Of a DNA stretch of 64,000 nt, positions 37,532 to 47,894 are shown piece by piece (position 1 is the first letter of the stretch; every line of letters begins with the position of its first letter). The notes under the pieces were generated by a model. That model was not told the origin of the DNA. It saw nothing but the letters and a program-made list of their open reading frames with translations, and ran no database searches. The translations under genes and the position numbers were made by a program. Source of the stretch: an uncultured Eubacteriales bacterium. Lineage in GTDB: Bacteria > Bacillota > Clostridia > Oscillospirales > Acutalibacteraceae. The stretch is taken from positions 2,226 through 66,225 of the forward strand of contig CAKSQT010000001.1 of the NCBI GenBank assembly GCA_934486755.1, in the 5' to 3' direction.

Positions 37532-38962
37532 ATGGAAAAATCTCAAAAAAAGCAAATTCCGCTTATAGACCGAATATTCAGGATTGTTTGCGGTGTGATT
37601 GCGATAGGCGTTGTGGTTGCACTTATTCTTTACATATCCCTTAATTCCATTGCGGACAAGGGTTACTTTTTAAGGAAGCACAGCACCGTAACATCGCAGA
37701 ACTATGAAATAAACAACTCAATGATGTCCTACTTCTTCTATGAGGAATACCGAAACTTTGTCAACAAGAATTATGACAGTATTAACGATATGGGGCTTTC
37801 ATCGGCAAAGTCGCTTAAAAAGCAAAAAAGCTATTACGGCGACGGCACGTGGTACGACCATTTTATGACCGCGGCAACCGATAAGGTCAAGCAAAAGGTT
37901 GCGCTTGCGGAAGCGGCAAAATCGGCGGGATTGTCCCTTGATGACGAGGAAAACGCCGAAATAGACCGCACAATTGAAAGAAAGCAGAACGCCGCCGACG
38001 GCAGAAGCGAGTCATTGCGCGAATACCTTGCGTTTATGTACGGCAGGGGCGTTACCGAAAAGGACGTGCGCGACTGCCTTAAACTCAATATGCTTGCGGA
38101 CAAATATTATCAGAGCGTTTATGACAGCACCGTTATGACCGATGATGAAATAAACGCAAAATACGAGCAAGAACCGCAAAAATATATGTCGGCCACCTGC
38201 AAAAAATACGTATTCAAATATGCCGAGAACGGCAAAAAAGCCAAATCGGCAAAGAGCTTTGACGAATACATAAACGCCGTGCTTGAAGACATAACTAAGG
38301 ACTACAAGGAGTCATACAGCGTTGACCTTGAACGCTCTATGGCTGAGGTCACCTATTATCAGTTGGGAGCGTCAAGCTATGACTACGGCGAAAACAAAAC
38401 GGTTGACAAGCTGGCGTTTTCAGATACAGCGGCTGTAAGCGATACCGCCGTTACCGAAAAGGACGGCGAATATACAGGCTACTGCGTTGTATCGCTCCCC
38501 GCAAGAGCCGAATACGCCACAAAAAACATAAGACTTATAAAGTTCAACTTTAAAACCTACGGTTCGGAGCAATATGCCCTGCGCGCCGCAAATTCGGTAC
38601 TTGAATCGTGGAACGACAGCACCAAAACACAGGTCTATTTCAAAGGCCTTGTAGCTGAAAACAGCGAGGACACCGACAGTTATGACAACGGCGGTCTTTA
38701 CCGCAACTTGAAGACGGGCGTTCTTGAAAGCGCGGTTGAAGAATGGGCGTTTTCCGATGAACGCAAGGAAAACGACTGCACCGTTATCACGGGCGAAGAA
38801 GCCTACTATGTCGTTCTGTTTGAGGGTAACGGAGTTCCTGCGTGGCAAGCCGATATTATCGCCGAAAATTTTGACGGCGTAATAAAAGAACAGACCGACA
38901 AGTTCGTAAACGACTATTCCGTTAAGGTCACAAAGAAATATTGGAAAAAAATAGGCGTATAA
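37532..38962 (+). CDS. membrane-anchored extracytoplasmic protein of unknown function (N-terminal TM, chaperone/SurA_N-like composition?)
   Basis: 476 aa with a single N-terminal TM (IFRIVCGVIAIGVVVALILYISL). The remainder is hydrophilic. No confident family assignment. Confidence 0.4.
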   Translation: MEKSQKKQIPLIDRIFRIVCGVIAIGVVVALILYISLNSIADKGYFLRKHSTVTSQNYEINNSMMSYFFYEEYRNFVNKNYDSINDMGLSSAKSLKKQKSYYGDGTWYDHFMTAATDKVKQKVALAEAAKSAGLSLDDEENAEIDRTIERKQNAADGRSESLREYLAFMYGRGVTEKDVRDCLKLNMLADKYYQSVYDSTVMTDDEINAKYEQEPQKYMSATCKKYVFKYAENGKKAKSAKSFDEYINAVLEDITKDYKESYSVDLERSMAEVTYYQLGASSYDYGENKTVDKLAFSDTAAVSDTAVTEKDGEYTGYCVVSLPARAEYATKNIRLIKFNFKTYGSEQYALRAANSVLESWNDSTKTQVYFKGLVAENSEDTDSYDNGGLYRNLKTGVLESAVEEWAFSDERKENDCTVITGEEAYYVVLFEGNGVPAWQADIIAENFDGVIKEQTDKFVNDYSVKVTKKYWKKIGV

Positions 38963-38970
38963 ATGAAAAA

Positions 38971-39002
38971 AGAGTGCTGACATACGGTCAGCGCTCTTTT
39001 CT
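38971..39002. terminator. bidirectional rho-independent terminator between convergent genes
   Basis: agagtgctgac-atacg-gtcagcgctct (one G.U) is followed by TTTTCTT on the plus strand and by UUUUUUCAUUU on the minus strand. It overlaps the stop codon of the minus-strand acyltransferase gene. Confidence 0.55.
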
Positions 39003-39824
39003 TATATCCTTTAACGCATTATTCATTTCGTTATAAACTATCTCGCCAAGCCCGTTGGTGTGAAGCCCCTCAAACTGTTCGGGGTTTATCACGTCAAGCA
39101 CGCGGAATTCTATCTCGGTCTTTTTTATTATAACTCTGTGCGGAATTGCGCGGGTATTATTTATTACGCATACCGCTATCGGTGCGTGCGCCTTATAGGC
39201 TATTTTAAAAGCTCCGTTTCTGAGCGGTAAAAGCTCGCAGGTCTTGCTTGTGTATCCCTCGGGGAAAAGCCCTACCGACGCCTTATCCTCCTTCAAAAGC
39301 CGCGAAGCGGATATTATTGTCTTTGCCGCCTCTCTATTGTTCTCCCTGTCTATCGGCAGGCAGTACAGCTTGTGCATTATTTTTGCGATAAACGGCATTG
39401 TTTTATAGATTTCCTTTTTGCCGATAAACCCAAGCTCTGCGTTCGGCAGTACGGACATTATCATTATGGGGTCAAAATCGTGCTGATGATTGCAGACGAG
39501 CAAGAACCTTTTGTTCTCAGGCAGTTTTTCAACACCGCTCGCGTTGACCTTTACTCTGCACAGCTTTAAAAGCAGAGGAATGGTTATATTAACGGCAAAG
39601 CGGTAATATTTTGCGCCGCGCTCGGCAGGCGAATTGACATTAACAAAGGCGACCGAAAGCGCAAAAATTGCAAGATGAAGAATAACAAGACCTATAAAAA
39701 AGCCGACAAACAACAGCGGAACCAGCCACCACGAATAACTCTCACGCAGAACGTCAAAGAATATATCCGAAACAGGTATAAGCACCGCGCTCAACACAAG
39801 ATAAACATAAAACACACAAATCAC
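38988..39824 (-). CDS. 1-acyl-sn-glycerol-3-phosphate acyltransferase family protein (PlsC/LPLAT)
   Basis: 'LLVCNHQHDFDPIM' (HX4D motif), 'FIGKKE', and 'VGLFPEGYTSK' (FPEGTR-like motif). Two N-terminal TMs. Confidence 0.7.
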   Translation of the reverse strand: MICVFYVYLVLSAVLIPVSDIFFDVLRESYSWWLVPLLFVGFFIGLVILHLAIFALSVAFVNVNSPAERGAKYYRFAVNITIPLLLKLCRVKVNASGVEKLPENKRFLLVCNHQHDFDPIMIMSVLPNAELGFIGKKEIYKTMPFIAKIMHKLYCLPIDRENNREAAKTIISASRLLKEDKASVGLFPEGYTSKTCELLPLRNGAFKIAYKAHAPIAVCVINNTRAIPHRVIIKKTEIEFRVLDVINPEQFEGLHTNGLGEIVYNEMNNALKDIRKER

Positions 39825-39830
39825 CTGTTC

Positions 39831-40010
39831 TTAGTTTTGTTTTCTTACTATACCGTACTCGTCATAAAGGTTAAAATAGGGGCAGTCAAAGGTCTGCGAG
39901 GACAAAAATCTGCGCATTTCGTCCTCGTCAAGCTCCATATCGCAGTACCAGTATTCGCTTTCGTCGTCATAACAGTAGTTAGCACAGCTTTCACAGTTAG
40001 TCGCCGCCAT
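39831..40010 (-). CDS. small cysteine-rich acidic ORF, 59 aa (MAATNCESCANYCYDDESEYWYCDMELDEDEMRRFLSSQTFDCPYFNLYDEYGIVRKQN)
   Basis: ATG at 40008-40010 overlaps the 3' end of the upstream membrane-protein gene by 14 nt. AAGGA lies about 11 nt upstream. Five Cys fall in CxxC-like spacing (C6,C9,C13,C23). It is just under the ORF-track length cutoff. Confidence 0.35.
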   Translation of the reverse strand: MAATNCESCANYCYDDESEYWYCDMELDEDEMRRFLSSQTFDCPYFNLYDEYGIVRKQN

Positions 40011-40836
40011 TTTGCTTTCCGTCCTTATCCGTTTTTTTGAGTACCGCTATACGCTCAAACAGATTTTTATATCTGCCGTTTTTAAGCCGCGGAAAAGCCT
40101 TAAATATACGTTTATGTACTATGTTTTCGCTCATAATCCGTTTATATTCGGCGGCTTTGGCGTCATACTCCGCTTTAAGCTCGTCGAGCTTCGGCTTTTT
40201 GCCGTCAACAAATTCCTCGCCTTTTTCACGCGCAGTTATTGCCTTATCGCTCACATTCTCGCCTATTTTATCGGAAAGAGAGTTGAGCATTTTTTCAACT
40301 TCCAGCATAGCGTTGAGTTTTTTCGGAAGTTTAAGCAGTTCTATAAGCGTTATCACGAAATCCGCAACAAATATAACCGAAAAAACCGCAAGCAAAACAC
40401 TTCCGAGGACTATGGGCGTTTTGCTTATAATAAGGTATATGAACGGGTGGACACCGCCTATTATAAAGGCGGCGGCAAGACCCCACAAAATACTGAATTT
40501 AAGGCAAACGTATCCCTTTATGTTAAAGGGCATATTGCTGTAATCCCACCATTTGTCGTGGAAGAATTTTTCAAGCACAAGACCCGTTACAAACTCCAAA
40601 GCGGTTGTAAGCACAGCCGCGCCTAAAAACAACAGCAGCACGTTTTTTCTGAGCGGCCACAGCACAACGACTACGGCGAGCATACCGAAGCCGTATATCG
40701 GGCAAACGGGACCGTTTAAAAAACCGCGGTTTACGAATTTTCCCTGATTAACGGCGGCAAAAGCGACCTCGCTTACCCAACCGAGAAAAGCGTATATAAG
40801 AAATATCCAAACCGCCTCATATAAATTTACAGGCAT
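39997..40836 (-). CDS. DUF1113/CmpB-like putative transporter membrane protein with C-terminal coiled-coil extension
   Basis: N-terminal 'LYEAVWIFLIYAFLGWVSEVAFAAVNQGKFVNRGFLNGPVCPIYGFGMLAVVV' matches the PF06541-type signature (GW..E....G....RGF..GP.PIYG). Confidence 0.55.
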   Translation of the reverse strand: MPVNLYEAVWIFLIYAFLGWVSEVAFAAVNQGKFVNRGFLNGPVCPIYGFGMLAVVVVLWPLRKNVLLLFLGAAVLTTALEFVTGLVLEKFFHDKWWDYSNMPFNIKGYVCLKFSILWGLAAAFIIGGVHPFIYLIISKTPIVLGSVLLAVFSVIFVADFVITLIELLKLPKKLNAMLEVEKMLNSLSDKIGENVSDKAITAREKGEEFVDGKKPKLDELKAEYDAKAAEYKRIMSENIVHKRIFKAFPRLKNGRYKNLFERIAVLKKTDKDGKQNGGD

Positions 40837-40855
40837 TTTTTCTACCTCCTGTTTC

Positions 40856-42379
40856 CTATTCCTCGGTGCCGTCGGGAATATCGGTCGAAGTATTGTCCGA
40901 CGAGGTATCGGCTGAGGAATTGTCCTCCGACGAGGTGCTCGGCTCGCTGCTTGACGAGCTTGAAGACGGCGCCTCGCTGCTTGGGGAACTGCTCGGCTCG
41001 CTTGACGAAACCGACGGCGTTATATCCGAGCTTGATGACGACGGTGCGGTTGAAGACGGCGTTACCGACTGCGAACTGCTTTGAACCGAAGAAGACGTGC
41101 TTCCGCCGCTTGAACCGCGTTTTGCGTACCAATCGTTCTTTTCAACACCGTTTTGCTCAATATAATCCTCAGGCTTTATATCGTCATAAATAAAAGCGTG
41201 GATAATTTTTGAAGCGTAATCAAGGTCGTAGTATATGCAGGAGCCGTAGCCGCTTACGGTCTTGGACGGCATCTGATACTTGTCAAGCGGAACGCGGGTC
41301 TGCTCGAATTTGGGTGATTTTAAAAGCACATTTGTGGCTAGTCCCATTATTTCGGTGTAGGAAAGCGAGGTTTCACTGCACGGAATGAGCGCCTTAGCGA
41401 GTTTAACATATTTCTTTGCCGAAAGCGTCGTTGCCTTATTGAAAAGCTGTTCCATAACGTAACGCTGTCTGTCGGTACGGCCCTGATCGTTGTTGGTACC
41501 CTCAACATTTGCGGCGTGGCGTATACGCGCATAGGCAACAGCCTGCACGCCGTTAAGGTGATGCTCGCCTGCGCTTGAAATGAAATACGGCGTCGGGTCG
41601 ATACCCATATATCCGCACTGCTCCATTATCATACCGTTTATACCGAAGTTTACGCTTTTGCCGTTTTCCCTGCCCATAACGTTAATTTCACCGTCGGCAA
41701 GGGTCACGTCAATGCCGCCGACAGCATCTATAATATCGGTCATACCGTAAAAATTGACTGTGGCGTATTCCGATATATCAAGACCGAATATTGTGTTAAG
41801 GGTCTTAATAGCAAGCTCGGGTCCGCCTTTTGAATAGGCGCTGTTTATCTTGCCGTAGACGGTTTTGCCGTCCTTGGTTATCGGCACAAGCGAATCGCGC
41901 ATAACCGAAATAACCTTTATCACCTTGGTTTCAGTGTTGATACTCAGTATCATTATACTGTCGGACAGACCCTTAAACGACTTGGGGTCGCGCGAGTCTA
42001 TACCGAACAGCGCGACATTGACTATCTTGCTGTCTATCACGTTTTTAAAACCGAGGTCGTCGGGGTCCTTGGTAATATCGTTATAGTTATAGTTGAATAT
42101 TATTCGGAAAGCGCCGAAAGCGACAGCAATGACAAGCAAAACCGAAGCTACTGAGATTATAGTTCTTTTCTGCCATCTTTTGCGCGCGTTCCACCAATCG
42201 CCGATTTTCTGGAAAAATCCCGAAATTCCGTGCTTTTTCTTGCGGTAACGCTTGGTTCCGCCGCCGTAATAATGGCTGTCGCTCATTATATCCTCAAAAC
42301 CGTCGTCCTCAAAGCTGAATCCTTCGTTATTTATTTCGTTTTCTTTATTATAGAATTTATCGTCCATATTCACACCCAA
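40856..42379 (-). CDS. LytR-CpsA-Psr (LCP) family cell-envelope phosphotransferase with long Ser-rich C-terminal tail
   Basis: N-terminal TM (TIISVASVLLVIAVAFGAFRII) and LCP core 'NVALFGIDSRD..SDSIMILSINTETKVIKVISVMRDS'. The C-terminal about 90 aa are poly-Ser/Thr/Pro/Glu. Confidence 0.75.
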   Translation of the reverse strand: MGVNMDDKFYNKENEINNEGFSFEDDGFEDIMSDSHYYGGGTKRYRKKKHGISGFFQKIGDWWNARKRWQKRTIISVASVLLVIAVAFGAFRIIFNYNYNDITKDPDDLGFKNVIDSKIVNVALFGIDSRDPKSFKGLSDSIMILSINTETKVIKVISVMRDSLVPITKDGKTVYGKINSAYSKGGPELAIKTLNTIFGLDISEYATVNFYGMTDIIDAVGGIDVTLADGEINVMGRENGKSVNFGINGMIMEQCGYMGIDPTPYFISSAGEHHLNGVQAVAYARIRHAANVEGTNNDQGRTDRQRYVMEQLFNKATTLSAKKYVKLAKALIPCSETSLSYTEIMGLATNVLLKSPKFEQTRVPLDKYQMPSKTVSGYGSCIYYDLDYASKIIHAFIYDDIKPEDYIEQNGVEKNDWYAKRGSSGGSTSSSVQSSSQSVTPSSTAPSSSSSDITPSVSSSEPSSSPSSEAPSSSSSSSEPSTSSEDNSSADTSSDNTSTDIPDGTEE

Positions 42380-42389
42380 ATCGAATAGA

Positions 42390-43217
42390 TTATCCCCTGA
42401 TTAATTCCTTGTATATATCGCTCTTTTTTATTCCGCTTTGCGCCGCCGCCTCACGCGCCGCCGCAGACACCGAATCTCCGCCCGCCGCAAGCTCCTTTGC
42501 AAGCGCCACGGCGTCTTCAAGCGTATATTCTTCGTTTTCCTCTCCGTCAAATCCCGAAACTATTATAACATATTCGCCGCGCGGAGTGTTTTCCCCGTAA
42601 AACTCCGCCGCCGCAGAAAGAGTCGTTCTTTCCACCGTTTCGTGCAGCTTGGTAAGCTCCTTTACAAGCGCTATATCCCTGTCGCCGAAAAAACTGAGCA
42701 TATCTTTCAGTGTTGCGGGCAGTTTATGCGGCGCTTCATAAAATATCATCGTTCGTTTTTCTTTTACAAGCTCTTTTAAATGCTCCCGCCTTGACGGTTT
42801 GTTCATCGACAAAAAGCCCTCGAAGCAAAACCGTCCGCTAGGCATACCCGAAATTGCAAGCGCCGTTACAAGAGCGCTGGGTCCCGGCACCGACTCAACG
42901 GGAATACCGTTTTCGTATGCGAGCCTTACAAGGTCCTCGCCAGGGTCGGATATTGCGGGCATACCCGCGTCGGACACAACGGCGCAGTTCTCACCGCGCA
43001 AAATACGTTCGATTATCGCCCCGCCGCGGTCATTCTTATTATGCTCATAATATGACAGCATTTCTTTCTTAATTCCGAAATGATTAAGAAGTTTTACCGT
43101 AACCCGAGTATCCTCGGCGGCTATAAAGTCAACCTTTTCAAGCGTTTCGGCGGCTCTCGGACTGAAATCCGAAAGGTTGCCTATCGGCGTACCCACAACG
43201 TAAAGCTTTCCCGACAT
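42390..43217 (-). CDS. rsmI: 16S rRNA (cytidine1402-2'-O)-methyltransferase RsmI
   Basis: 'LYVVGTPIGNLSDFSPRAAETLEKVDFIAAEDTRVT' is the hallmark RsmI N-terminus. Confidence 0.85.
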   Translation of the reverse strand: MSGKLYVVGTPIGNLSDFSPRAAETLEKVDFIAAEDTRVTVKLLNHFGIKKEMLSYYEHNKNDRGGAIIERILRGENCAVVSDAGMPAISDPGEDLVRLAYENGIPVESVPGPSALVTALAISGMPSGRFCFEGFLSMNKPSRREHLKELVKEKRTMIFYEAPHKLPATLKDMLSFFGDRDIALVKELTKLHETVERTTLSAAAEFYGENTPRGEYVIIVSGFDGEENEEYTLEDAVALAKELAAGGDSVSAAAREAAAQSGIKKSDIYKELIRG

Positions 43218-43951
43218 TATAAATACGCCTCCTTATACGCTCCGTAAATATTTTTCATTTCCTCTGAAAGTTCGCCGTTTTGCTCAATATAAAGCGTCGG
43301 CTGTATTCTAAGACCTTTTTTCGCGCACTTCTTGCCCTCAACCAACACAAGCCACGGCTCCTCGCCTATCCGCTGGCAGACAAGCCTTAATCTTTTCGGC
43401 TCGCAGCCATACTGCGACATAAGCGACATAAGCTCGCAGAGCCTTTCGGGGCGGTGGCACATACAAAGTCTGCCCGATGTCTGCAAAAGTTTTGCCGACA
43501 CACTTACTATATCTTCAAGCGTGCAGGCGACCTCGTGCCTTGCGACAGCGTGAACACTGTTGGGATTTTTAAGACCCGCATGGGGTGCCTTGTAAGGCGG
43601 ATTGCAGGTAACAAGCGTGTGGCAGCCGAATTCCAGCTTGCCTTTAAGGTCGTTTAAATCGCTTTCGATAAGCACGAAATTATCAATTTTAAGCTCACAG
43701 CTTGTCCTTTCGGCAAGCGATACAGCTTCGCCGCTTATATCAACGCCGACAGCCGACGAAAGCAGTCCGTCCCTCAGCATAATAAGCGGTATAATACCGC
43801 AGCCCGTGCCGAGATCGACCATTCGGTCTTTTTTCCGTGCCGAAGCGAAATTGCTTAAAACTACCGCGTCGGTTCCGAAGGTGTGATTATCGGAAACGTT
43901 AATATGAAACCCTTTGCCGAGCGGTTCGCGCCTTATCAGCTTCGGCTCCAT
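43217..43951 (-). CDS. tRNA (adenine37-N6)-methyltransferase-like SAM-dependent methyltransferase (TrmN6/YfiC family)
   Basis: 'DLGTGCGIIPL' (SAM motif I) and 'VTCNPPYKAPHAG' (NPPY N6-adenine motif). Genomic neighbour of rsmI, as for B. subtilis yabB. Confidence 0.6.
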   Translation of the reverse strand: MEPKLIRREPLGKGFHINVSDNHTFGTDAVVLSNFASARKKDRMVDLGTGCGIIPLIMLRDGLLSSAVGVDISGEAVSLAERTSCELKIDNFVLIESDLNDLKGKLEFGCHTLVTCNPPYKAPHAGLKNPNSVHAVARHEVACTLEDIVSVSAKLLQTSGRLCMCHRPERLCELMSLMSQYGCEPKRLRLVCQRIGEEPWLVLVEGKKCAKKGLRIQPTLYIEQNGELSEEMKNIYGAYKEAYL

Positions 43952-45315
43952 TTTACACCCTGCGGGGTATCTTCAAGCGTGATACCCATTTCTTTGAGTT
44001 TGTCGCGTATTGCGTCCGCCGTTTTAAAGTCCTTAGCTTTTCTTGCGGCTGTGCGCTCCTCTATCAGCTTTTCAACCTCGCTGTCAAGGGTTTTTGAACC
44101 GCGGTTATACACAAGTCCCAAAACGTAAGCCAAAGTATCAAATTCCTCGGCGCAGGCTTCAATAGCCGCTTTTTCGTTATTGGAGGCTATAAATGTATTT
44201 ATATCTCTTACAAGATTGAACAGTGCCGCCATCGCGTCGGCGGTGTTGAGGTCGTCCTCCATAGCGGCGATAAATTCTTCCTCGCGCTTTTTAAGGAACT
44301 CGGGAGCCTTGCCGCCTTCCGCTGCGTTCTGCAACGCAAAATCTATATTATCGCGGCAGGTATAGAGCCTTTCAAGCGCATTCTTCGCCTGTTCGATAAT
44401 ATCGGTTGAATAGTTTATCGGACTTCTGTACTGCGACGAAATCATCAAATAACGTATTGGCTCATAGCCGTAAGTATTTGCTACATCGCGGACGGTAAAG
44501 AAGTTATTAAGCGATTTTGACATCTTATGATTGTCAACATTGATAAATCCGTTGTGCATCCAATAATGCGCAAATTCACAGCCGTTGGCGCACTCGCTCT
44601 GCGCTATTTCGTTTTCGTGGTGCGGAAAGATAAGGTCAAGACCGCCGCAGTGTATATCAATGGTCTTGCCGAGGTATCTTCCAGCCATAGCGGAACATTC
44701 TATATGCCAGCCAGGTCTTCCGTCGCCCCAAGGGGACTGCCAGTAAGGCTCGCCCGGTTTCGCGCCCTTCCAAAGGCAGAAATCCATCGGGTCTTCCTTT
44801 ATTTCGGCAACGCCTATTCTTGCGCCCGCTTCAAGCTCTTCAAGCGGCTGGTGCGAGAGCTTGCCGTATTCATTGAACTTTTTGGCGCGGAAATAAACGT
44901 CTCCGCCCGATTCATAAGCATAGCCCTTTTCCACAAGTACGGATATAATGCGCTGAATTTCATCAATATTCTCGGTGGCGCGCGGATGAACCGTAGCTTC
45001 TCTTATATTAAGCCCGTGAGCGTCGGTCCAAAATTCCTTTATATATCTTTCGGCAACCTCGGGAACGGTTATGCCCTCCTCGTTTGCCTTTTTTATCAGT
45101 TTATCGTCTATATCGGTAAAGTTCTGAACAAACTCTACCTTATATCCGCGCCATTCAAGATAACGGCGAAGCACATCGAAAACGCAGAGCGGTCTTGCGT
45201 TTCCGATGTGAATATAATTGTATACCGTAGGACCGCAGGCATAAATTTTTACGACCCCGTCGTTTATCGGTTTAAATTCGTCCTTTTGTCTTGTAAGAGT
45301 ATTAAAAATCCTCAT
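43936..45315 (-). CDS. cysS: cysteine--tRNA ligase
   Basis: '[11 protein letters not shown]' (HIGH-type motif), 'KMSKSLNNF', zinc-binding Cys residues. Confidence 0.9.
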   Translation of the reverse strand: MRIFNTLTRQKDEFKPINDGVVKIYACGPTVYNYIHIGNARPLCVFDVLRRYLEWRGYKVEFVQNFTDIDDKLIKKANEEGITVPEVAERYIKEFWTDAHGLNIREATVHPRATENIDEIQRIISVLVEKGYAYESGGDVYFRAKKFNEYGKLSHQPLEELEAGARIGVAEIKEDPMDFCLWKGAKPGEPYWQSPWGDGRPGWHIECSAMAGRYLGKTIDIHCGGLDLIFPHHENEIAQSECANGCEFAHYWMHNGFINVDNHKMSKSLNNFFTVRDVANTYGYEPIRYLMISSQYRSPINYSTDIIEQAKNALERLYTCRDNIDFALQNAAEGGKAPEFLKKREEEFIAAMEDDLNTADAMAALFNLVRDINTFIASNNEKAAIEACAEEFDTLAYVLGLVYNRGSKTLDSEVEKLIEERTAARKAKDFKTADAIRDKLKEMGITLEDTPQGVKWSRS

Positions 45316-45971
45316 TCTGACTCTCCTTTGAAATTGCTTATTAACTGTTCAAGCTCGTTCACCCTACTTTCAAGGCAGTCGATTTTCTGCTGAACGGGGT
45401 CGGGAATGTGTATCTGGTCAAGCGGAGGACAAACCTTTTTACCGTCCTGCCTTACCACCCTTGCGGGAACGCCGACAACGGTTGAGTTCGGCGGAACCTC
45501 CTCCAAAACGACCGCACCCGCGGCAATACGCGAATTGTCGCCTATTTTAAACGGCCCTAAAACCTTTGCGCCCGCGCTTATCATAACATTGTTACCGACA
45601 GTCGGGTGGCGCTTGCCGACGTCCTTTCCCGTACCGCCGAGCGTTACGCCCTGATATATCAGCACATCGTCGCCTATTTCGGCGGTCTCGCCTATAACGA
45701 TACCCGTGCCGTGATCTATTACAAGACGTCTGCCGATAGTGGCTCCTGGGTGAATTTCAATTCCCGTTTTTCTCACCGCGCGCTGTGAAACAAAGCGAGC
45801 GAGAAAATGCATACCGTGCGTGTGATAAAAATGCGCCCTACGGTACATTCTTATCGCCTTTACGCCTGGATAAAGCAAAAATACCTCTATAAAACTGCGT
45901 GCGGCAGGGTCCCTGTCGCGCACCGCGTTGACGTCCTCGCGAAGTCTGTCAAACACTTCGATAACCCCCAT
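45312..45971 (-). CDS. cysE: serine O-acetyltransferase
   Basis: Left-handed beta-helix hexapeptide repeats 'GATIGRRLVIDHGTGIVIGETAEIGDDVLIYQGVTLGG' after the N-terminal SAT helical domain. Confidence 0.8.
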   Translation of the reverse strand: MGVIEVFDRLREDVNAVRDRDPAARSFIEVFLLYPGVKAIRMYRRAHFYHTHGMHFLARFVSQRAVRKTGIEIHPGATIGRRLVIDHGTGIVIGETAEIGDDVLIYQGVTLGGTGKDVGKRHPTVGNNVMISAGAKVLGPFKIGDNSRIAAGAVVLEEVPPNSTVVGVPARVVRQDGKKVCPPLDQIHIPDPVQQKIDCLESRVNELEQLISNFKGESE

Positions 45972-45988
45972 TTTCCGAATTAAACATA

Positions 45989-46570
45989 TTATTTTGTAGG
46001 ATCGATATACTCCTTACAGGCGAGGAAATAAATAACGCCCGATATAATACATAATACGGCGGAGATCCAGAAAAGTACACTTATTATTATATCACACAAG
46101 CTGACAAAGGACGCCGCGTTTATTCCGAGATCGTCAATAAGTATGTGCGCAAACAGCGCAATACAAATTCCGACCATCTGTGTAACAGTTTTCAGCTTGC
46201 CCCACATATTAGCGGCTATTACCTTGCCGCCGCTCGAAACAACGACAAGTCTTAAAGAAGATACCATAAATTCCCTGAAAAGAACTATGAACAATATCCA
46301 GGTTACCTGCCAGCCTATTCCGAGCTTTATAAACCCGAGAAAAGCGGCGGTCGTGAGCATTTTATCGGCAAGCGGATCCAAGAATTTGCCGAAATCGGTT
46401 ATCATATTGTATTTGCGGGCCATTTTTCCGTCTATCATATCGGTTAATGACGCCGCCGCAAACAATATCAGCGACACGGCGTAGTGATACGGAAAATCAA
46501 TCATAAGCGCCGCCATAAATATCGGCGTTGCTATTATTCTTGCAATTGTAAGTTTATTCGGTGTATTCAT
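45989..46570 (-). CDS. pgsA: CDP-diacylglycerol--glycerol-3-phosphate 3-phosphatidyltransferase
   Basis: CDP-alcohol phosphatidyltransferase motif 'TDMIDGKMARK...FGKFLDPLADK'. Multiple TMs. Confidence 0.8.
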   Translation of the reverse strand: MNTPNKLTIARIIATPIFMAALMIDFPYHYAVSLILFAAASLTDMIDGKMARKYNMITDFGKFLDPLADKMLTTAAFLGFIKLGIGWQVTWILFIVLFREFMVSSLRLVVVSSGGKVIAANMWGKLKTVTQMVGICIALFAHILIDDLGINAASFVSLCDIIISVLFWISAVLCIISGVIYFLACKEYIDPTK

Positions 46571-47892
46571 CAGACCAACTCTCCCAACAAATCGTAATCT
46601 ATGCAGTCGTTTACTTCAACCTTTACAAAATCGCCTATTTTAAGCTGGCGCGGCGACATAAAGAATATCTTTCCGTCAACCTCGGGCGCGTCAGCAGGGG
46701 TTCTGCCGAAATAGCATTTAATATAATCGTCCCAGCCCTCTATAAGCACCTCGGTGACGGTTCCCTTGCGTTCCTCGTTCTTCTCGGCGGCTATGGTAAG
46801 CTGGCTCTCCATTATGTTTTCCATTCGGTCAACCTTTACCTGCTCGTCTATCTGGTCGGGGAACTCGGCGGCAGCCGTGCCCTCCTCGGCGGAGTAGGTG
46901 AAGCAACCGAGCCTGTCAAACCGTTTTTCCTTTACAAATCTTGCAAGCTCGCTAAACTGTTCCTCGGTTTCGCCGGGGAAACCCGTTATAAGCGTGGTTC
47001 TGAGCGTAATATCGGGTATTTTCGCCCTTATTCTGTCAATCAGCCCTGAAAGCGTTTCGTAACTGCCCTGTCGGTTCATTCTTTTAAGAATATCGGCGTT
47101 TACGTGCTGAATAGGTATGTCAAGATATTTTACAAGTTTGGGTTCGCTTGAAATCGTTTCAAGCAACTCGTCGCTTATGCGCTCGGGGTATGTGTAAAGC
47201 GTGCGTATCCAATGCAGTCCCTCTATTTTGCAAAGCTCCCTTAAAAGCTCGGGAAGCATAGGCTTGCCGTAAATATCCTCGCCGTAGGCGGTGGTGTCCT
47301 GCGCCACGACAACAAGCTCTTTCACGCCCCTAAAAGCGAGCTTGCGCGCTTCTTCAACGCAGTCTTCAATTTTTCGGCTGCGCATACGTCCTCTTATCTT
47401 CGGTATGGCGCAGTAGGTACAGCAATTATCGCACCCGTCGCCTATTTTAAGATACGTGCTGAACGGATAGCCGCCTAAAATGCGGTCGCAGTTCAAATCA
47501 AGCGCGTATTTATCGCCATAGGTGTTCTGGCGCTTGCCCTCAATAGCGGAAAGGACAATATCGGCAATTTTGCCGTTGGATCCGATACCTACGCAGACAT
47601 CGACCTCGGGTATTTCCTCGGTAACGTCGTCCTTATAGCGCTCTGCAAGGCAGCCCGTTACAATAAGCGCCTTGCACTTGCCGTTTTTCTTATACTGCGC
47701 CGCTTCGAGAATGTTTTCAATAGCCTCTTTTTTAGCGTCCTCAATAAAGCCGCAGGTGTTTATTATAATTGCGTCAGCCTCGGCTTCCTCGGTGGATATT
47801 TCAAAACCGTTCTGCTTTAACGAGGCAAGCATCATTTCGGCGTCCACCTGATTTTTCGGACAGCCGAGCGATACCATACTTATCTTATACAT
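46570..47892 (-). CDS. rimO: ribosomal protein S12 methylthiotransferase RimO (radical SAM MTTase with TRAM domain)
   Basis: 'MVSLGCPKNQVDAEMM' N-terminal MTTase domain, radical-SAM CxxxCxxC 'GCDNCCTYCAIP', C-terminal TRAM. Position upstream of pgsA-recA is typical for rimO in Firmicutes. Confidence 0.7.
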   Translation of the reverse strand: MYKISMVSLGCPKNQVDAEMMLASLKQNGFEISTEEAEADAIIINTCGFIEDAKKEAIENILEAAQYKKNGKCKALIVTGCLAERYKDDVTEEIPEVDVCVGIGSNGKIADIVLSAIEGKRQNTYGDKYALDLNCDRILGGYPFSTYLKIGDGCDNCCTYCAIPKIRGRMRSRKIEDCVEEARKLAFRGVKELVVVAQDTTAYGEDIYGKPMLPELLRELCKIEGLHWIRTLYTYPERISDELLETISSEPKLVKYLDIPIQHVNADILKRMNRQGSYETLSGLIDRIRAKIPDITLRTTLITGFPGETEEQFSELARFVKEKRFDRLGCFTYSAEEGTAAAEFPDQIDEQVKVDRMENIMESQLTIAAEKNEERKGTVTEVLIEGWDDYIKCYFGRTPADAPEVDGKIFFMSPRQLKIGDFVKVEVNDCIDYDLLGELV

Positions 47893-47894
47893 TA

